Shown here piece by piece: positions 1 through 14,143 of a stretch of DNA of 64,000 nt; position 1 is the first letter of the stretch, and every line of letters starts with the position of its first letter. Source of the DNA: the human T2T-CHM13v2.0 reference genome, Homo sapiens. Location: assembly GCF_009914755.1 (NCBI RefSeq), contig NC_060926.1, one strand, 5' to 3'. Below the pieces are notes generated by a model. It made no database searches. It was not told the origin of the DNA and saw nothing but the letters and a program-made list of their open reading frames with translations. Both the position numbers and the translations under genes were made by a program.

Positions 1-475
1 AAGTAAGGGCACAGTTCTCACTCTTGAGCACTCTCAATCAATGCTCTATGCTTTAATTTTAGTAATGATCTTAATAACAATTGAAATCCCTTGTAAACTG
101 TCTCATAAATTTCTTATATCCTTGGGAGAGGTATGATTTTTGCCTTTCTTTGTTACTCTTTGCTTTGGTGACCATGAAAAGGTAGGGCTGGAAAACTTCA
201 GAATTCCTTTCCATCTCTAAAATACTGTACTATGCTATACTACAATGTAATATAACTCAATTCTTTTTCACATAGAGCATAAGTGCATGCATCCATTTTT
301 TATTTTATTCAAATGTACTTCTTTGATAAAATATACTTTCTATAAAGAAGACCCATGTTTTCAGTGTATAATAATTTTTATTGTTCATTTAGCTAATACA
401 GATTGAGTAAGCATTATCCAATACACTTGATTCTGTGGTCAGTGCTGGAATATAACATAGATCTTAAAATTCAGT

Positions 476-1108
<633 letters not shown>

Positions 1109-1118
1109 TGTAGTGGTC

Positions 1119-1430
1119 TTTTTTGTTTGTTTGTGTTGTTTTGTTTTTTGAAAGAGTCTCTCTCTATCACCCAGGTTGGAGTGCAGTGGCATGATCTTGG
1201 CTCATGGCAACCTCCATCTCCCAGGCTCAAATGATTCTCATGCCTCAGCCTCCTGAGTAGCTGGAACTACAGGCATGGGCCACCATGCCTGGCTAATTTT
1301 TGTATTTTCAGTAGAGATGGGGTTTCACCTTGTTGGCCAGGCTGGTCTCAAACTCCTGACTTCATGTGATCCGCCGGCTTTGGCCTTCCAAAGTGTTGGG
1401 ATTATAGGCGTGAGCCAACACACCCAACCG
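1119..1430 (-). mobile_element. AluS-like
   Basis: Full dimer; flanking TGTAGTGG(T/C)CTTT target-site duplication. Confidence 0.92.
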
Positions 1431-3394
1431 TGTAGTGGCCTTTATTACAGCAATACACGTGACAGATTTTGCGAGGCCTCACAAAGGAACTCAGATTTTG
1501 AGAGCCATGTTCTCAAGAACTTAGTTCTAACCTGCTTTGAAAAACATTGTTAATTTCTTTATTCTGTAAAAACAACAATTAGAAAAACCATGATCTTCGT
1601 TTAGACTCAACATTACACTAAGGCACTACGAGAATGTTATAAAACAGAGAGACATAAAACTATGGTGAGTTAAACATAGTAAGAGAAGCAGCTACTTTGG
1701 GTTAAAAGAACAATGACCATGAGACAGTGAGAAAAAAGCAGGGTGGATGAAAAATTATAGATATGCTAGCCAGAAAAAAAGTCACTACTGTGTAATTATC
1801 TGTTACTAAAGGATGTGGGCCCTGTGGTTTTGGGTAGACTTGTTTGAGGCATGTTTGTCTGTAGGGTTGGCTGAAGTTGTAGGCAGGGATGGAAGGACAA
1901 AGAAAGATAAATCTCTTTGGGAGCAAACACAGAAGAAACTATTGCGAAGTCTTCCAGCTTCTGAACACTTGCAGTTTTCTGCTGGACTATCTTGTGGGCA
2001 GCTACAGAAGTTACATACATTTCTGAAGAAGCAAGCAAGCAAACAAACCAAAAAAAAAGTCCTGATGGTATATTCCCATGGAAAAAAAAAATGGGAGAAT
2101 TTGCCTAGCAAACGATATGGCTTCAACCAAGAGCTGCAAGGGACCTTGCTTTGGGAAAGCTTCATCAACCTCACCTCTGGACAGGTGGGAGCCTGTTTTT
2201 GAACTCTAACACTTTCCTCAATGTCCTTGCTGCCATTTAATATTTTCCATTGGCAAGCTCTCCTTTGCAGAAAATTGTATTTTAATTGCTTTTCTGTTGG
2301 CCTCAATTATTTATTTCCTAACCACTCTCTCATAGTGGAATAATGACAATATTGCAATAAAGCAGAATTGCATGAGCCACCTTTGCAAGACAAGTCTTGT
2401 TACTGCCCTTTCCCATTCTGAAATCACATGGATTACCTGAAAGCCATAATGAGGATACTTCTCATTTTTTAAATATTCTCATTTGCCTTGAGCTTGTTCT
2501 ATAATGAGGTCTACTCTGGGTCTTTCTAATCCCTCTTTTGTTTGAGAGGTCTGATTCCAGTGTTACATGTTGCCCTGAAATGTCCCTCTGAAAATTTAGT
2601 GTAAGGTGAGGTCTGGCTTTCCTGAAGGGAGACTTTTTTTCTTACTGTTACCTCGCACTCCAAGGTTGAATGTATTTTCTTAGACAAAATTGCTTATTTT
2701 TTAATGTATTCACTTAGGGTCATATTAAAAATACCCTAGTTTCTTTACTTATTTTCTCAAATGTAGTTAATTGTTCTATTTTTATAGTTTTTTATACTCC
2801 CTCACCCAACCCCAATTCTATGTTCAACTAGTACTGCATTTCCAACTCTTGGCTTTAGATGAGCGATGAGCATAGCCATGGCTTATCTCCTCCATTCTGC
2901 TGGAGTGGGCTAGAGGGAAAATGACAGGGTTATACTAGTTTTGCTGTTTATTTAATAAACACATATTTATTAAAGACCTAGGATGTGCCAGAAACCAGGC
3001 CAGATAGTTGGTTATAATGAGGAATAAGGCATGTATGTTCCTCTTATGCTGCAATGTACCCTATGGTATGAAAAGTACCATAGATCCAGATAACAGGAAC
3101 ATCTAACTCAATTTGTAGAGTCAGTAGGAAAATATCTGAATTTATGATATCTAAGTTGAACCATGAAGGATCAGAATGATTTTTCCAGGTAGCCATTGCC
3201 AACCATGAGAAGAGAGAAGAGTATTTCTGGCAGAAGGAACAGCATGTGTAAAGGTCAAAAGTGAGAGAACACAGTGGCTGGGCCCTACTTTGTCTTTGCT
3301 TTATTAATTTTCATGCAAGCTAAGGAACGTAGAATAGTAAACATTAATACTTTACTGTTTTATTTGGGAGGGAAAATACTTTTACCTTGTGTAT

Positions 3395-3768
3395 TGTATT
3401 AGTCTGTTCTCATGCTGCTATGAAGAACTGCCTGAGCCTGGGTAATGTATAAAGGAAAGAGTTTTAATTGACTCGCAGTTCCTAAGGGATAGGGAGGCCT
3501 CAGGAAACTTGTAATCACAGTGGAAGGGGAAGCAAACAGCCTTCTTCACATGGCAGCAGGAAGAAAAAGTGCAAAGCAAAAGGGGGAAAAGCCCCTTCTA
3601 AAACCATCTGATATTGAGATAATTCACTCACTATCACAAGAACAGCATGAGGATAACCACCCCCATGATTAAATTACCTCTTACTGATCCCTCCCTTGAC
3701 ACATGGGGAATATGGGCACTACAATTCAAGGTGAGATTTGGGTGGGGACAAGGAGCCAAACCATATTA
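3395..3768 (-). mobile_element. THE1 (ERVL-MaLR) solo LTR
   Basis: TGTATTAGTCTGTTCTC ... GGGTGGGGACA..GCCAAACCATATTA termini; ~370 bp. Confidence 0.9.
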
Positions 3769-4232
3769 TTTGTAGTATAAATGATTTCCTTATCAATTGC
3801 CTATAAGGTTTGAGATCAGATTATGATTCATTTGTAGGTTCCACTTGGAGGGAGTAGTGTTCCATGGACCATGAATGCTACAGATTTAGGAGAATTTAAA
3901 GAAACATTTTAAAGGCTGGAGCAAAGATCACAAGGAGAGGGAGGGAAAGGATGAATGTGGTAAGAGATGAGGCTCGGCTGGTGAACAAGGAGCAGCTAGG
4001 CCTGAACCTTATAAGCCATGCGAATAGGTTTGAGCATGATTATAAGAGTAATGGGAAGCCACAATTTTAAGTCAATTTTTGTTGTTTAATTTGGAAAAAT
4101 AGCAGCGGTTGTATTCCTTTCATCCCTTCTTCTCTTATCAAGACCTTTTCTCTAACTTAAACAGTAAATAACAGCAATACAAATGAATTGACATGATATT
4201 TTCTCCTGTCTCAATTTTCCAGGGAATAGCCC

Positions 4233-4705
4233 TGTGATGGTTAATACTGAGTATCAACTTGGTTGGATTGAAGGATACAAAGTATTGATCCTGAGTGCGT
4301 CTTTGTGGGGGTTGCCAAAAGAGATTAACATTTGAGACAATGGGCTGGGGAAGGCAAATCCACCCTTAATCTGAGAGGCACAATCTAATCAGCTGCCAGC
4401 GATTATAAAGCAGGCAGAAAAACGTGGAAAGGAGAGAGATGGGCCTAGCCTCCCAGCCTGCATCTTTCTCCTGTGCTGGATGCTTCCTGCCCTTGAACAT
4501 CGGACTCCAAGTTCTTCAGTTTTGGGACTCGGACTGGTTCTCCTTGCTCCTCAGCTTTGCAGAAAGCCTATTGTGTGTGATCGTGTAAGTTAATACTTAA
4601 TAAACTCCCATATATATATTTTATATATATGTATACACACACACACACACACACACATATATATCCTATTAGTTCTGTCCCTCTAAGAGAACACTGACTA
4701 ATATA
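4233..4705 (+). mobile_element. MLT2A (HERV-L) solo LTR with internal (TA)/(CA)n
   Basis: TGTGATGGTTAATACTGAG start, GACTAATATA end, exact 5-bp TSD AGCCC (4228-4232, 4706-4710). Confidence 0.9.
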
Positions 4706-4871
4706 AGCCCCATTGATGATTCTAGGTTTTTTGATTAATTTAAACAAAACCATATTTAAATTATCATCAAAAAGATTTTATCAGTATCTAATTGTGGGCA
4801 GCACTTAAGGGAATAACACATACAAAAACTAGAACCATCTAGGGTCTACTGTTTAAAAACTTACGACTTAT

Positions 4872-5202
<331 letters not shown>

Positions 5203-6339
5203 TTACTGTTCTGCCTGTGTCTTTCCCAAACTGACATAATTCCTCTGCCTTTCCTCAATCTGTTTTGTCTCATTAGGGAACTGGAAATGCAACCCAATTT
5301 TTCTCTCGAGTGATGTCAAGAGATGGCAAGGAAGGTGTTGCAACATTCTAGCCAGAAAGCTATTTTCTTCCCACTTTGGAAGGGCCTCAGAGAATGACAG
5401 AAGTGGCCATGATATGAAAGGAACAACTGACAGATTTTGATTTCTCTTGGCTGACAGCTTCATTTTAGGACTTTGTTTGTCAACGACATCCAGACCTATG
5501 CAGCTGGAAGACTGACTTCAACAAATCTAAATGTCTCTTTAAGAGTCTAAGCAACCTATTCCTTTTTTTCCAGGTACCCATTTATCTATAATTAAGTCAG
5601 CATTAAAGGGATTTCCCACCAACTTCTATCTAAAGCTGCAAAAAGGATGACTAGCTACTGCCTGAAGTGGGTTTAACAGATCCTGGGGTGAGCACTAGGA
5701 AAGCCTTCCATAGAAAAATGGCTGGGTATGAAACATGAAGAAAGATGTCATTCACATTGTCCCTCATTACTGAATTGATTATTTTGATTTGAATTTCTGA
5801 ATTCTGTTCCTTTGGACAGCTCTGTTCCTTAGGATTCTGTTCCTTAGAATAGCAGGTGTTACTGCTATTATGCTCTTGAGGTTAATTGGTCCTATCATAT
5901 AGATACATACATATGTGTGTGTGTGTGTGTATCTCCTTCCTTCCTCACCAATACACGCTCACACTATAGGCTTGATGTCTTTATTGAGAAAACATGTTAC
6001 TCCTTTTATTACTGATTGTGAAAAGTAATACCCGCCTGCTTCTGCACATGGCATTAGGAGAACACCTGAACCTTCTCCCTTTGAATCCCAGGCAGAATGC
6101 GAGCTTGCATTTGGAGGATAAAGAAACACATTTTTTTCATCAGCAGAATTGGACTATTAATTATCCTCCATAGAATTACAGAGGGAAAAAAATCAACTAA
6201 GTGCAATCTGATCTCATCTTATTTGTTCTTTAATCCTTCTAAGAATCAGTCTTTGATATTTAGGACATGAGCAGAGAAGAGCAACAACAATAATGACGGA
6301 GGAGAGGACTGTCTATTTATACTCCCCCAACATTTCTTA

Positions 6340-6505
6340 TCACTCTGAATTGTGATTTTATTTGTATTTGTCTTTCTCACCCTAGACAGGCATCTATAGA
6401 ACAAGGACAGGGTCTAATTCATCTCTCTGTATGCCCAGCACAGAACACAGCATCTGAGACATAGTAAATACTCAGAGAGTATTTGTTGACTAAGTAAATG
6501 ACTGG
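6340..6505 (+). mobile_element. L2 3' end fragment
   Basis: ..GACATAGTAAATACTCAGAGAGTATTTGTTGACTAAGTAAATGA resembles the L2 3' terminus. Confidence 0.6.
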
Positions 6506-6824
6506 GTCTGCAAAAGCAAAAGGCATCACCCAAACAACTATTTCCATTGTATTATTTTCTACTCTCAGAAAAACTCCACTGCACTTGCCAGCAGTACCAT
6601 ATCTGGATTTGGAGGAAACCACACATTCTAATCCCATCAAATGGCAAATACACATTTGATTGGGCCTCTGCAAGCAATAGCCTCCTCGTTGGCCAGGGTC
6701 AGGGAGAACAGAGATTGAGAATCTGAAGGCCTGTTTTTAGTCTCTGCCATTAGCTTAGCCACCCTGGGCAAGTCCCTGAATGTAACTAAACTTCCATATT
6801 CTTCTTTGTAAAATAGAGAAGTTT

Positions 6825-7030
6825 GACACAGAAATATTTGATCTGGGTACTATAGGTTCATGAATGAATATCAAGGGAAGTCTGTGAACTTCCTGAAATT
6901 GTGTGTAAAATGTTATGGCTATCTGAGTCATATGTATTTTTGCATTTTTAAGGAACAAAGGGTTTATAGCTGTCATTAAGTTTTTTAAAGGAAACCAACT
7001 TTTAAAAACAAGAGGTTAAGAAACTCCTGA
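6825..7030. mobile_element. MER103-like hAT-Charlie DNA transposon fragment, next to a MIR (~6700-6825)
   Basis: Similarity to recalled consensus (CTGAAATTGT..GTAAAA ... AGGTTAAGAA). Confidence 0.5.
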
Positions 7031-7661
7031 ATAGTTAATTTTGATATCTCTTTTTTCTATAAAATGTCTACACTTCTAAGAAAACATCTAAAACTGCTTT
7101 AGCCCACAATATATATTTTTTCCTCTGATTGTCCATTCTCCCCATGATCAGTCACCACCTCAATATACTTGAAACATTTATGCAAGGCCAGGGTAAACGT
7201 CATCTACCTTAGCTGAATCTGGAGCTAGGTCTTTGACTTCTCCAAATTCCACACAGTAATTATCACAGTCATGCCCATAGTAAATATTGGATGAAAACTT
7301 TCACAGATTTATTTTATCCCAGAACACTGACTCTTTTTCCCTCCAATATTCTATGCCTTGCAGGACCAGGACCATAATTATCATCTATCTCAAAGGTGCT
7401 CAGGAGGCAGATATTAGAGGGAATATTTACTATGAATGTTCTCATAAAAGGCCAACAGGATGAGGTGATTGTCCAGGAGCTTTGAGGGCACTAAGTGAAA
7501 AGAGAGTGATTTCTGATCTACTCAGGTGCGGCAGGGAGGCCATGTGTGAAGGGAGTGCCCAGGGTCTGTGGTAGCAGCTCCATGAGTAAAAACCATTGCC
7601 TCATCATCTAAAGAAGCCAAAAGCAAGGGGTGAAGGAAGAAAATAGTTTTGTTAGTGTACC

Positions 7662-8471
7662 TGTATTAGTTTCCTATTGTTCCTGTAACAAATTATCACA
7701 AATGTAGTGGATTAAAACAATATAAATTAATAATCTTACAGTTCTTGAGGTCAGAAATCTAAAGTAGGTCCACAGGGCTGCAACTCTTCTGGAGGCCCTG
7801 GGGGAGAATTCCTTTCCTTGACCGTTCCAGCTTCCAGAGGCCAACTGTATCCTTTGGCTCATGGCCCCCTTTTTCTGTCTTCAAAGACAGCAGCATAAGC
7901 CAGGCATGGTGGCTCATACCTGTAATCCCAGCACTTTGAGAGGTGGAGACCAGGAGTTTGAGACTAGCCTGGATAACATAGCAAGACTCCATCTCCACCA
8001 AAAAAAAAAAAAAAAAAAATTAAAAATTAGCCAGGTATGGTAACATATACCTGTAGTCTCAGCTGTTCAGAAGGCTGAGGCAGGAGGGTCACTTGAGCTC
8101 AGGAGTTCAAGGCTGCAGTGAGCTATGATCATATTACTGCACTCCAGCCTGAGTGACAGAGAGTGAGACTCTGCCAAAAAAAAAAAAATCCAGCAGCATA
8201 GCATCTTCAAATCTCTCTCCATCCTTCTGCCTGACCCTCTGTCATCTCTGTCATCACATTGCCACTGTCTGACTCTGATTCCTCCTACATAATTGTTATA
8301 AAGGTCTGTGACTACATGGGCCCTCTCTGGATAATCCAGAATAATCTTTCCATCACAAGATCTTTAATTTGATCACAACTGCAAAGTCCTTTTTGCTATA
8401 CAAGGAAACATTCACAGTTTCTGGGATTAGGAGGTGGACATGCTTGGGGAGTCATTATGCAGCCCACCACA
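7662..8471 (-). mobile_element. MLT1B/C-type MaLR LTR interrupted by an Alu
   Basis: TGTATTAGTTTCCTATTG..GTAACAAATT start and CAGCCCACCACA end. Confidence 0.85.
7898..8190 (+). mobile_element. AluJ-like inserted in the MLT1 LTR
   Basis: Alu dimer with a left-arm deletion; TSD CAGCAGCATA at 7888-7897 and 8191-8200. Confidence 0.9.
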
Positions 8472-10574
8472 ATACTTTATGTTGCTTGAGTCTATTTATT
8501 TATATGCTGTAGTTTTGTAGAAAGAGTCATATTCATGGAGATTATGTTCAGGAAAGGAGAAAACAGAAAGGGAATTTATATAGCCAAGTATATGAACAAG
8601 TGGTAAGAGGCAAGAACTATGTTCCCAGAGCTGAGAGGAACCTAAAGTTGTAAATAAGTTACCAACTGCCTCTGGGAGACATAAAGAACGAAGGGAGCGT
8701 CCTCTCACTAGCAATTGATCATCTTCCGTATGTGGTGTAACATATGCGGCTATTGCATTAATGTGCCTGGCTATGTATTGGAATATTTAGTGCCTACTCA
8801 CTTTCTTTGATTCAGTTTATGTCAATGGAAATGACAACCAGTTCTGGTGTACTATAGTTTGGTAGTGACTGTCTCCCACTACTACATTATAAATTCCCCA
8901 TGTGAGAGACTGTATTTAATTCATGATTATGAGCCAAACTCAGAAAAGTGACAGGCATGTAGTAGGCACTCAATAAATATTTGGTGAATAGAAAAATGAT
9001 AAAAATAAAAACTTTGAGGTTAAAACAGAATGCTGGTGTCAAAATAACCCAGTAGAAAAAGGATAAGCAGCTTTAAGAGTTTCAGGAGAGTTAGAAGATG
9101 AGGTCATTTAAAAAAATTCTTTCTAATAAAAATAACTCCCTGAGTTATTTCTAAGTTTGTACTCAAGACAGACTCCCTGCAAGACTAGAATCTTCTAAGA
9201 AACTATTCCTGTAAAAGATTAAAATGAGAGAGACACAGTGTAAGTCTTACTCAGAGTTTGAAAACCACCTTTTAGTATTTAAAAAGGCATTAACCATGAT
9301 CATTAATCAATAGAAAGGAATGTTCACAGAATGCTTAGAAGAAATGTTTGCTAAGGCAAGAAGTCAGAGAAAACGAAGGCATCCATGCCCAAGGCTGAAG
9401 ACAAACGTTTTTCTTTTGCTTCAACAAATTAAAGCTGCTAGGAAAGAACAATTGACCAGAGAGGAACATTACTGTACAGCATATAAAATACTGCCAAGGT
9501 CAGCAAAACCTCAGCTTTTTATTTATTTTTTTATTTTTCTGTGCCAGTGATTGTTGAGAAATGAGTTTCTTGCAAGCCTGACTTAGACATTATGCTCCGA
9601 AGTTACTCAACACGAAGGATTTGGAAAGTACTTTTATTTCCTTTACTATTTGATGACGAGAATGAGTTACAGACATTTTCAGTAAATCTCTGTGCTTAAA
9701 ATTGTTTATAAGGCCATTTCATAATGTCAGTGTGCTTTAATTTGTTCACTCATGCTGGATTCTCTGCTTCCCCCTTTGCTTTGGGCTTCTGAGAATTATT
9801 TCCAAGCAAATAACTATACCTCCAAGATTCCCAAAGCCACTCAGAAAAAAAGAAGCCACAAGGATGCATTTTTTTATATGAAGTGACTTAGCTGTGTAAA
9901 AAGAAGCACTGTTTTAAAATCCCACAGAGTATCTTTGGACACTTATGTAAAACTTATATGTAAGTATTTTAGCTGAAGACTGAGAATCAACTGGATTTAT
10001 GGGGAGATAGTCCTCTCTTTTAAGCTGTTCCATGCTTACTGTACATCTCCCAGATCAGTGGGGTAACTTGTATTATGTTGTGCTGTGTTATTTATCCTTC
10101 CACGAATTGCTGCAAAAGCTGTGTTCTGGGTCATCCCCACAACTGCTGTGAACAAGGGCATGCCTTGCGAGGTGGCATGGGTTAAGGACCAAGGCTTAGG
10201 ACCCCACAGGGCAGAGAGGCAAACTAGGCTTATATTAGTATTAAACCTGTGACTTGAGACTGCATCATATTGCTTCATTCTTAAAGACTTGAAGGATTTC
10301 CATCTTTTCTACAAGTTAATCTTAGGCAGTATCATAGCTCTTTTTTGTATATGATCAAATCACTTAATCTAATTATGCCCCATTTTTTTCTTGTGATTTG
10401 AAAGCATCATGAAAACTTTTATATATGCAGGTTTATCTGTTACTACTATGAAGAATCAAAAAATTCCAAAGCCTTCTAGTTCAGAAAACGTTAGGCCAGA
10501 TTCTGTAATCACCTATGTTAAAGAACAAAGCTAAACAGCTAAATCAGGAAGTAGATAATAAAAGACAGATCACA

Positions 10575-12368
10575 TTTAGACAAAGACATGGTTACTTTTT
10601 TATTTGAAGAAAAAAAAAAGTATGTTTTAATAAATACTGCGGAAACATTGACCAAACAAACATACACAGTGACTTCAACAGTTTAAAAAATGCAACAAAA
10701 GTTCTGCTTTATAACAGTTATAACTTATTTTCTTTTTACAATATTTAAATACAGAAAGCACTCGCCAGCTATTTTGTAATACTGCCCAAAGCATAATGCT
10801 GCATCAATCAAAGCATATTATGTTGGTAAAATGTCTGTATTTTATGGGAAATGACTGGAATCGAATTTTCTTGCAGAGACAAGACAAAGTGCTTGTAAGA
10901 CATAGAACTGAGTGTTGTAATTACCTTAATCTCTCCTGCCACGATTTAAGGGGAGCACAGCTTCAACACTTCAAAAACGAAGCACTATCATGGGAAAGAA
11001 AGCTCGTTTTCAACAAGCGCCAACAATAAACAGGTCAGATCTGGTTTCTTCTCTGAAAGAATCTCTAAAAGGAACTGGTCAAAAATATCTGTAAACTATT
11101 TTAAATGCTTATTATTTTACGTAACAACAGAGACCAAGTGCTGAACACAGACCTTGGCTGCATCTGTTCAGTGAGGTTTTAGCAATGACACTCTAGAAAT
11201 GCCCTAGTGTTATGTCAGGACTGAAAGTTTATCATATAATCTTCCACTAGGGATTCTCTAAAGCTTGGGTAAGTGGCATCTTCTCTCATCAATGTTCATT
11301 TAATGAAAAGTGAAATAAACCAACAGATTATCAGATGCTGTCAGTTTTGGAGCTTCAACCCAAAATAATAGTCCTTTTGCTTTGTATTTTTGGTAACTTA
11401 ATTCCAGACAGCTTTACTCACAAACTGTGCTTTCTGCTACTATTCTTTCCTTCACTCATTACCTTTTCTGGTGAAAACAGTAACTACCTTTTTTCTCTCC
11501 TTGGATCATTCTATGACATCAAACCAAGACACCTTTTATTTGACTTTGCATTTTTATCAACGATGGCAAAAAATCACACAACTTCTAAACAGCGCACAAA
11601 AATATTACATTGAGCAATTTACCACTTTTTAATGACAATCACAATGAAGAACAGAACCATCAGACTGAATAAAAATCGACATTTTTTTTCCTATTTGATC
11701 TATGCGATCTTTGTAGTGCTGGTCTACAAATCTTGCAAGATTGCAAAGGCTTTCCTTAGAACCATCCTACTCAGCTATCTTCAGGAAGGCAAGATTTCAA
11801 AGCCTCATAAAGTTTGCCTCTGGATATATCCCATGGGTCCTGATACAATTTCCTTTTTAATGATGAGCTAGAAAGAAATTAGATCACATCCTCTAGAAAA
11901 CTAAATGCTAAGGTCACAGTGCCAGTTCCCCCTTGAGGACGGTATATTAACGTATACTTTTTGTAAAGGAGATTAAAACATTTAAAAATTAAATCAAAGT
12001 GGAGATCCATGAATAGATTATAACAAAAAAAAAAAAACCCAAAAATGCAAGCACCATTCAGAGTGTGATTTTTCTTCTTGGAGGTACTCGCATCCCCCCT
12101 CATCTTCCTCTAGCTCATTTGTATCTCTCATTTTTTGGCATATTTTTCAAGTCACACTTAAAAACTCTTCCATGTATTCACTTCTCATCACTTGGTCTAC
12201 ATGCCGAACCTAAGGTCAGGATTCCAAAAAGATGAGTATCCTCTCAAACGCCTCCTAAGCCTCTGGTATACATGACTTTGGCTGTGCACTTCATTTAGAC
12301 TTCACCTTTTTGTTTGCTGTTGTTTTTTACACTAGATTCCTTTGTCTTCATTAAAGATAATGAAAGAT
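10575..12368 (-). other. RND3: RND3 3'UTR (~1.8 kb, AU-rich)
   Basis: Unique sequence between the stop codon and the distal polyA signal; carries several miRNA seed matches. Confidence 0.85.
10599..10604 (-). terminator. Polyadenylation signal AATAAA (distal)
   Basis: TTTATT on the + strand; ATTAAA just upstream (10626-10631); U/GU-rich sequence (GTGATCTGTCTTTTATT) ~30 nt downstream on the minus strand. Confidence 0.8.
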
Positions 12369-12620
12369 TCACATCACAGTGCAGCTCTTCGCTTTGTCCT
12401 TTCGTAAGTCCGTAGCAACTGCCGAGAGTTCTGGTCTGCTAGGCATGTGTGAAATCCGCTTTGTGGCTCTCTGTGATTTGTTCCGCTTAACGTTTTTATT
12501 TGTCTTATTTACACATGCCAAGGTGGCAACGTGAAAAATGTCTCTGACGCTATTTTCCGACTGTAAAGCTGAGCATTCGATATAAGTAGCTGCTCCAATC
12601 TGTTTGGCCATATTTGCCCC
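12369..12620 (-). CDS. RND3: RND3 last coding exon (aa 162-244; ECSA G5 motif, basic tail, CAAX CTVM)
   Basis: Acceptor TTTTGCTTCTCAG|GGG; GANMAKQIG...[10 protein letters not shown]; TGA ends at 12369. Confidence 0.98.
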
Positions 12621-14008
12621 CTGAGAAGCAAAAGAAGGGATTTTAACCAGCAATAAGACTTTGGGGGAAAGTTAGCTAGCATCTTCTAATACCACAAAAT
12701 AATAACACATTGCAAAACGTTTGCTGATATGTTAACTGAATTTTCCAAGTGTCATTGCAAAAAAAAAAAGTTGTTAAAATGTAAACTGCCTTATTTATTA
12801 CTTCATAACTATTTGCAGTCAAGAGCCCATCCCTAAGATGCCCAACTCTCATGGCTCATTAGAGGTGTTAGAGCTCTGAATAAATGCTAAAGGCTGATCT
12901 TAACAAAGGAAGACCCTGGTTATCAAACACTTAACATGAGGTGATTCAAAGAAGTGTAGAGTGGAGCTAACGAAGTGATTCATCTTCACTATCAACTGCA
13001 AGCAAGAGTTAACTGGTTATTCAGGTTTTCCAGGGTCACAGCAAGCATGGAATGGCGCAGAGAAGCTTACTAGTGAAGTAAGTTAGCTGAAGGTCATGAA
13101 CATAAACTCTGCATTTTCCACACAGCTCTGGCCGTGGCGATGTGGCCTTGAGAACCTGTTCCAGCGCCTCATGGTGCACTTCATTTCTCTTTTCTTGAGG
13201 GTAAATGGCATTCAAGACTAGTGACTAGGTTGTACCAAAAACAGGGGCAATGAATGAAATTTAAAATCGATTTTGAAATGTATGTGATTGTGTCTTACTT
13301 AGGGCCGAAATGCGTTGAGGAAAGGAATAATACTATTGTAACATCTGTTACTTTATGAAACACAACATATGTAATTTCTAAGTGTGAACCATACCACCAA
13401 CGTACACAACAATAAGCATGTGCACATTAACCAAAACTACTTATTTAAAATACCAAATTTTTTGCTAATGAGAAATGGAAGACTAAGAAGACTGCGGTAT
13501 TTAAAATGATGATTCTTAATAAAATTTTGGTATTTCAACATGAACTCTCTTTAGAATCTGGTTGTAGGTTTTATGAGAATGAGCTTTTGAAACTGATTCT
13601 CATTTCTAAATACTTGGGGGAAATGCTTACAGAAATGAAGACTCTCTGAAAGATGGTGTTATGGAGTGTTCCACTTTACTGGCAACAGCCTTATTATTGT
13701 ACTGCCGACTGTAAAATCAGATTACCCCTCTTAAAGAGTATTACTGATTTTGACCACATTCTCTCTTAAACCTATTTAACTTTAAACCTACTGGGAGGTG
13801 CAGAAATATACAAGGTTAGCATATCAACTGTTTATGTACCCGAATATCATGTAATTACACTAATAAATGACAGCATTTTAAATTTCACAACTGACCACTG
13901 GGTGAGCCTTTAGAAAAGCAGCTACTTTTTATTTTATTTATTATGAGTGATAGTCCATTTCTTTCACTCTTTCTAAAATCCAGTTTTGCACATGGGCAAC
14001 ATACATAC

Positions 14009-14143
14009 CTGGTCATAGGACACTGGCGTCTGCCTGTGATTGGAGAGCTCTACTAATGTACTAACATCTGTCCGCAGATCAGACTTGCAGCCGACCAAGA
14101 GCATTTTGGTATTTGGACAAAATTCCTGGATTTCACCTTTCCA
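14009..14143 (-). CDS. RND3: RND3 coding exon 4 (aa 117-161; [24 protein letters not shown]...SYDQ)
   Basis: Acceptor TTTTTCTTTCATAG|TGG, donor CAG|GTATGT; 135 nt; contains G4 motif CKSD. Confidence 0.97.

Noticed and set aside
1702-2306. Overlapping 129-166 aa ORFs on both strands
   Set aside because: No similarity to any protein I recognise, and no polyA/TSD indicating a processed pseudogene.
5803-5845. Three TCTGTTCCTT copies with short spacers, superficially array-like
   Set aside because: 10-bp unit with 5-8 bp spacers is a degenerate tandem repeat, not CRISPR.
12621-12653. N-terminal [11 protein letters not shown] of the 94-aa ORF
   Set aside because: This is the polypyrimidine tract and acceptor of the last intron.
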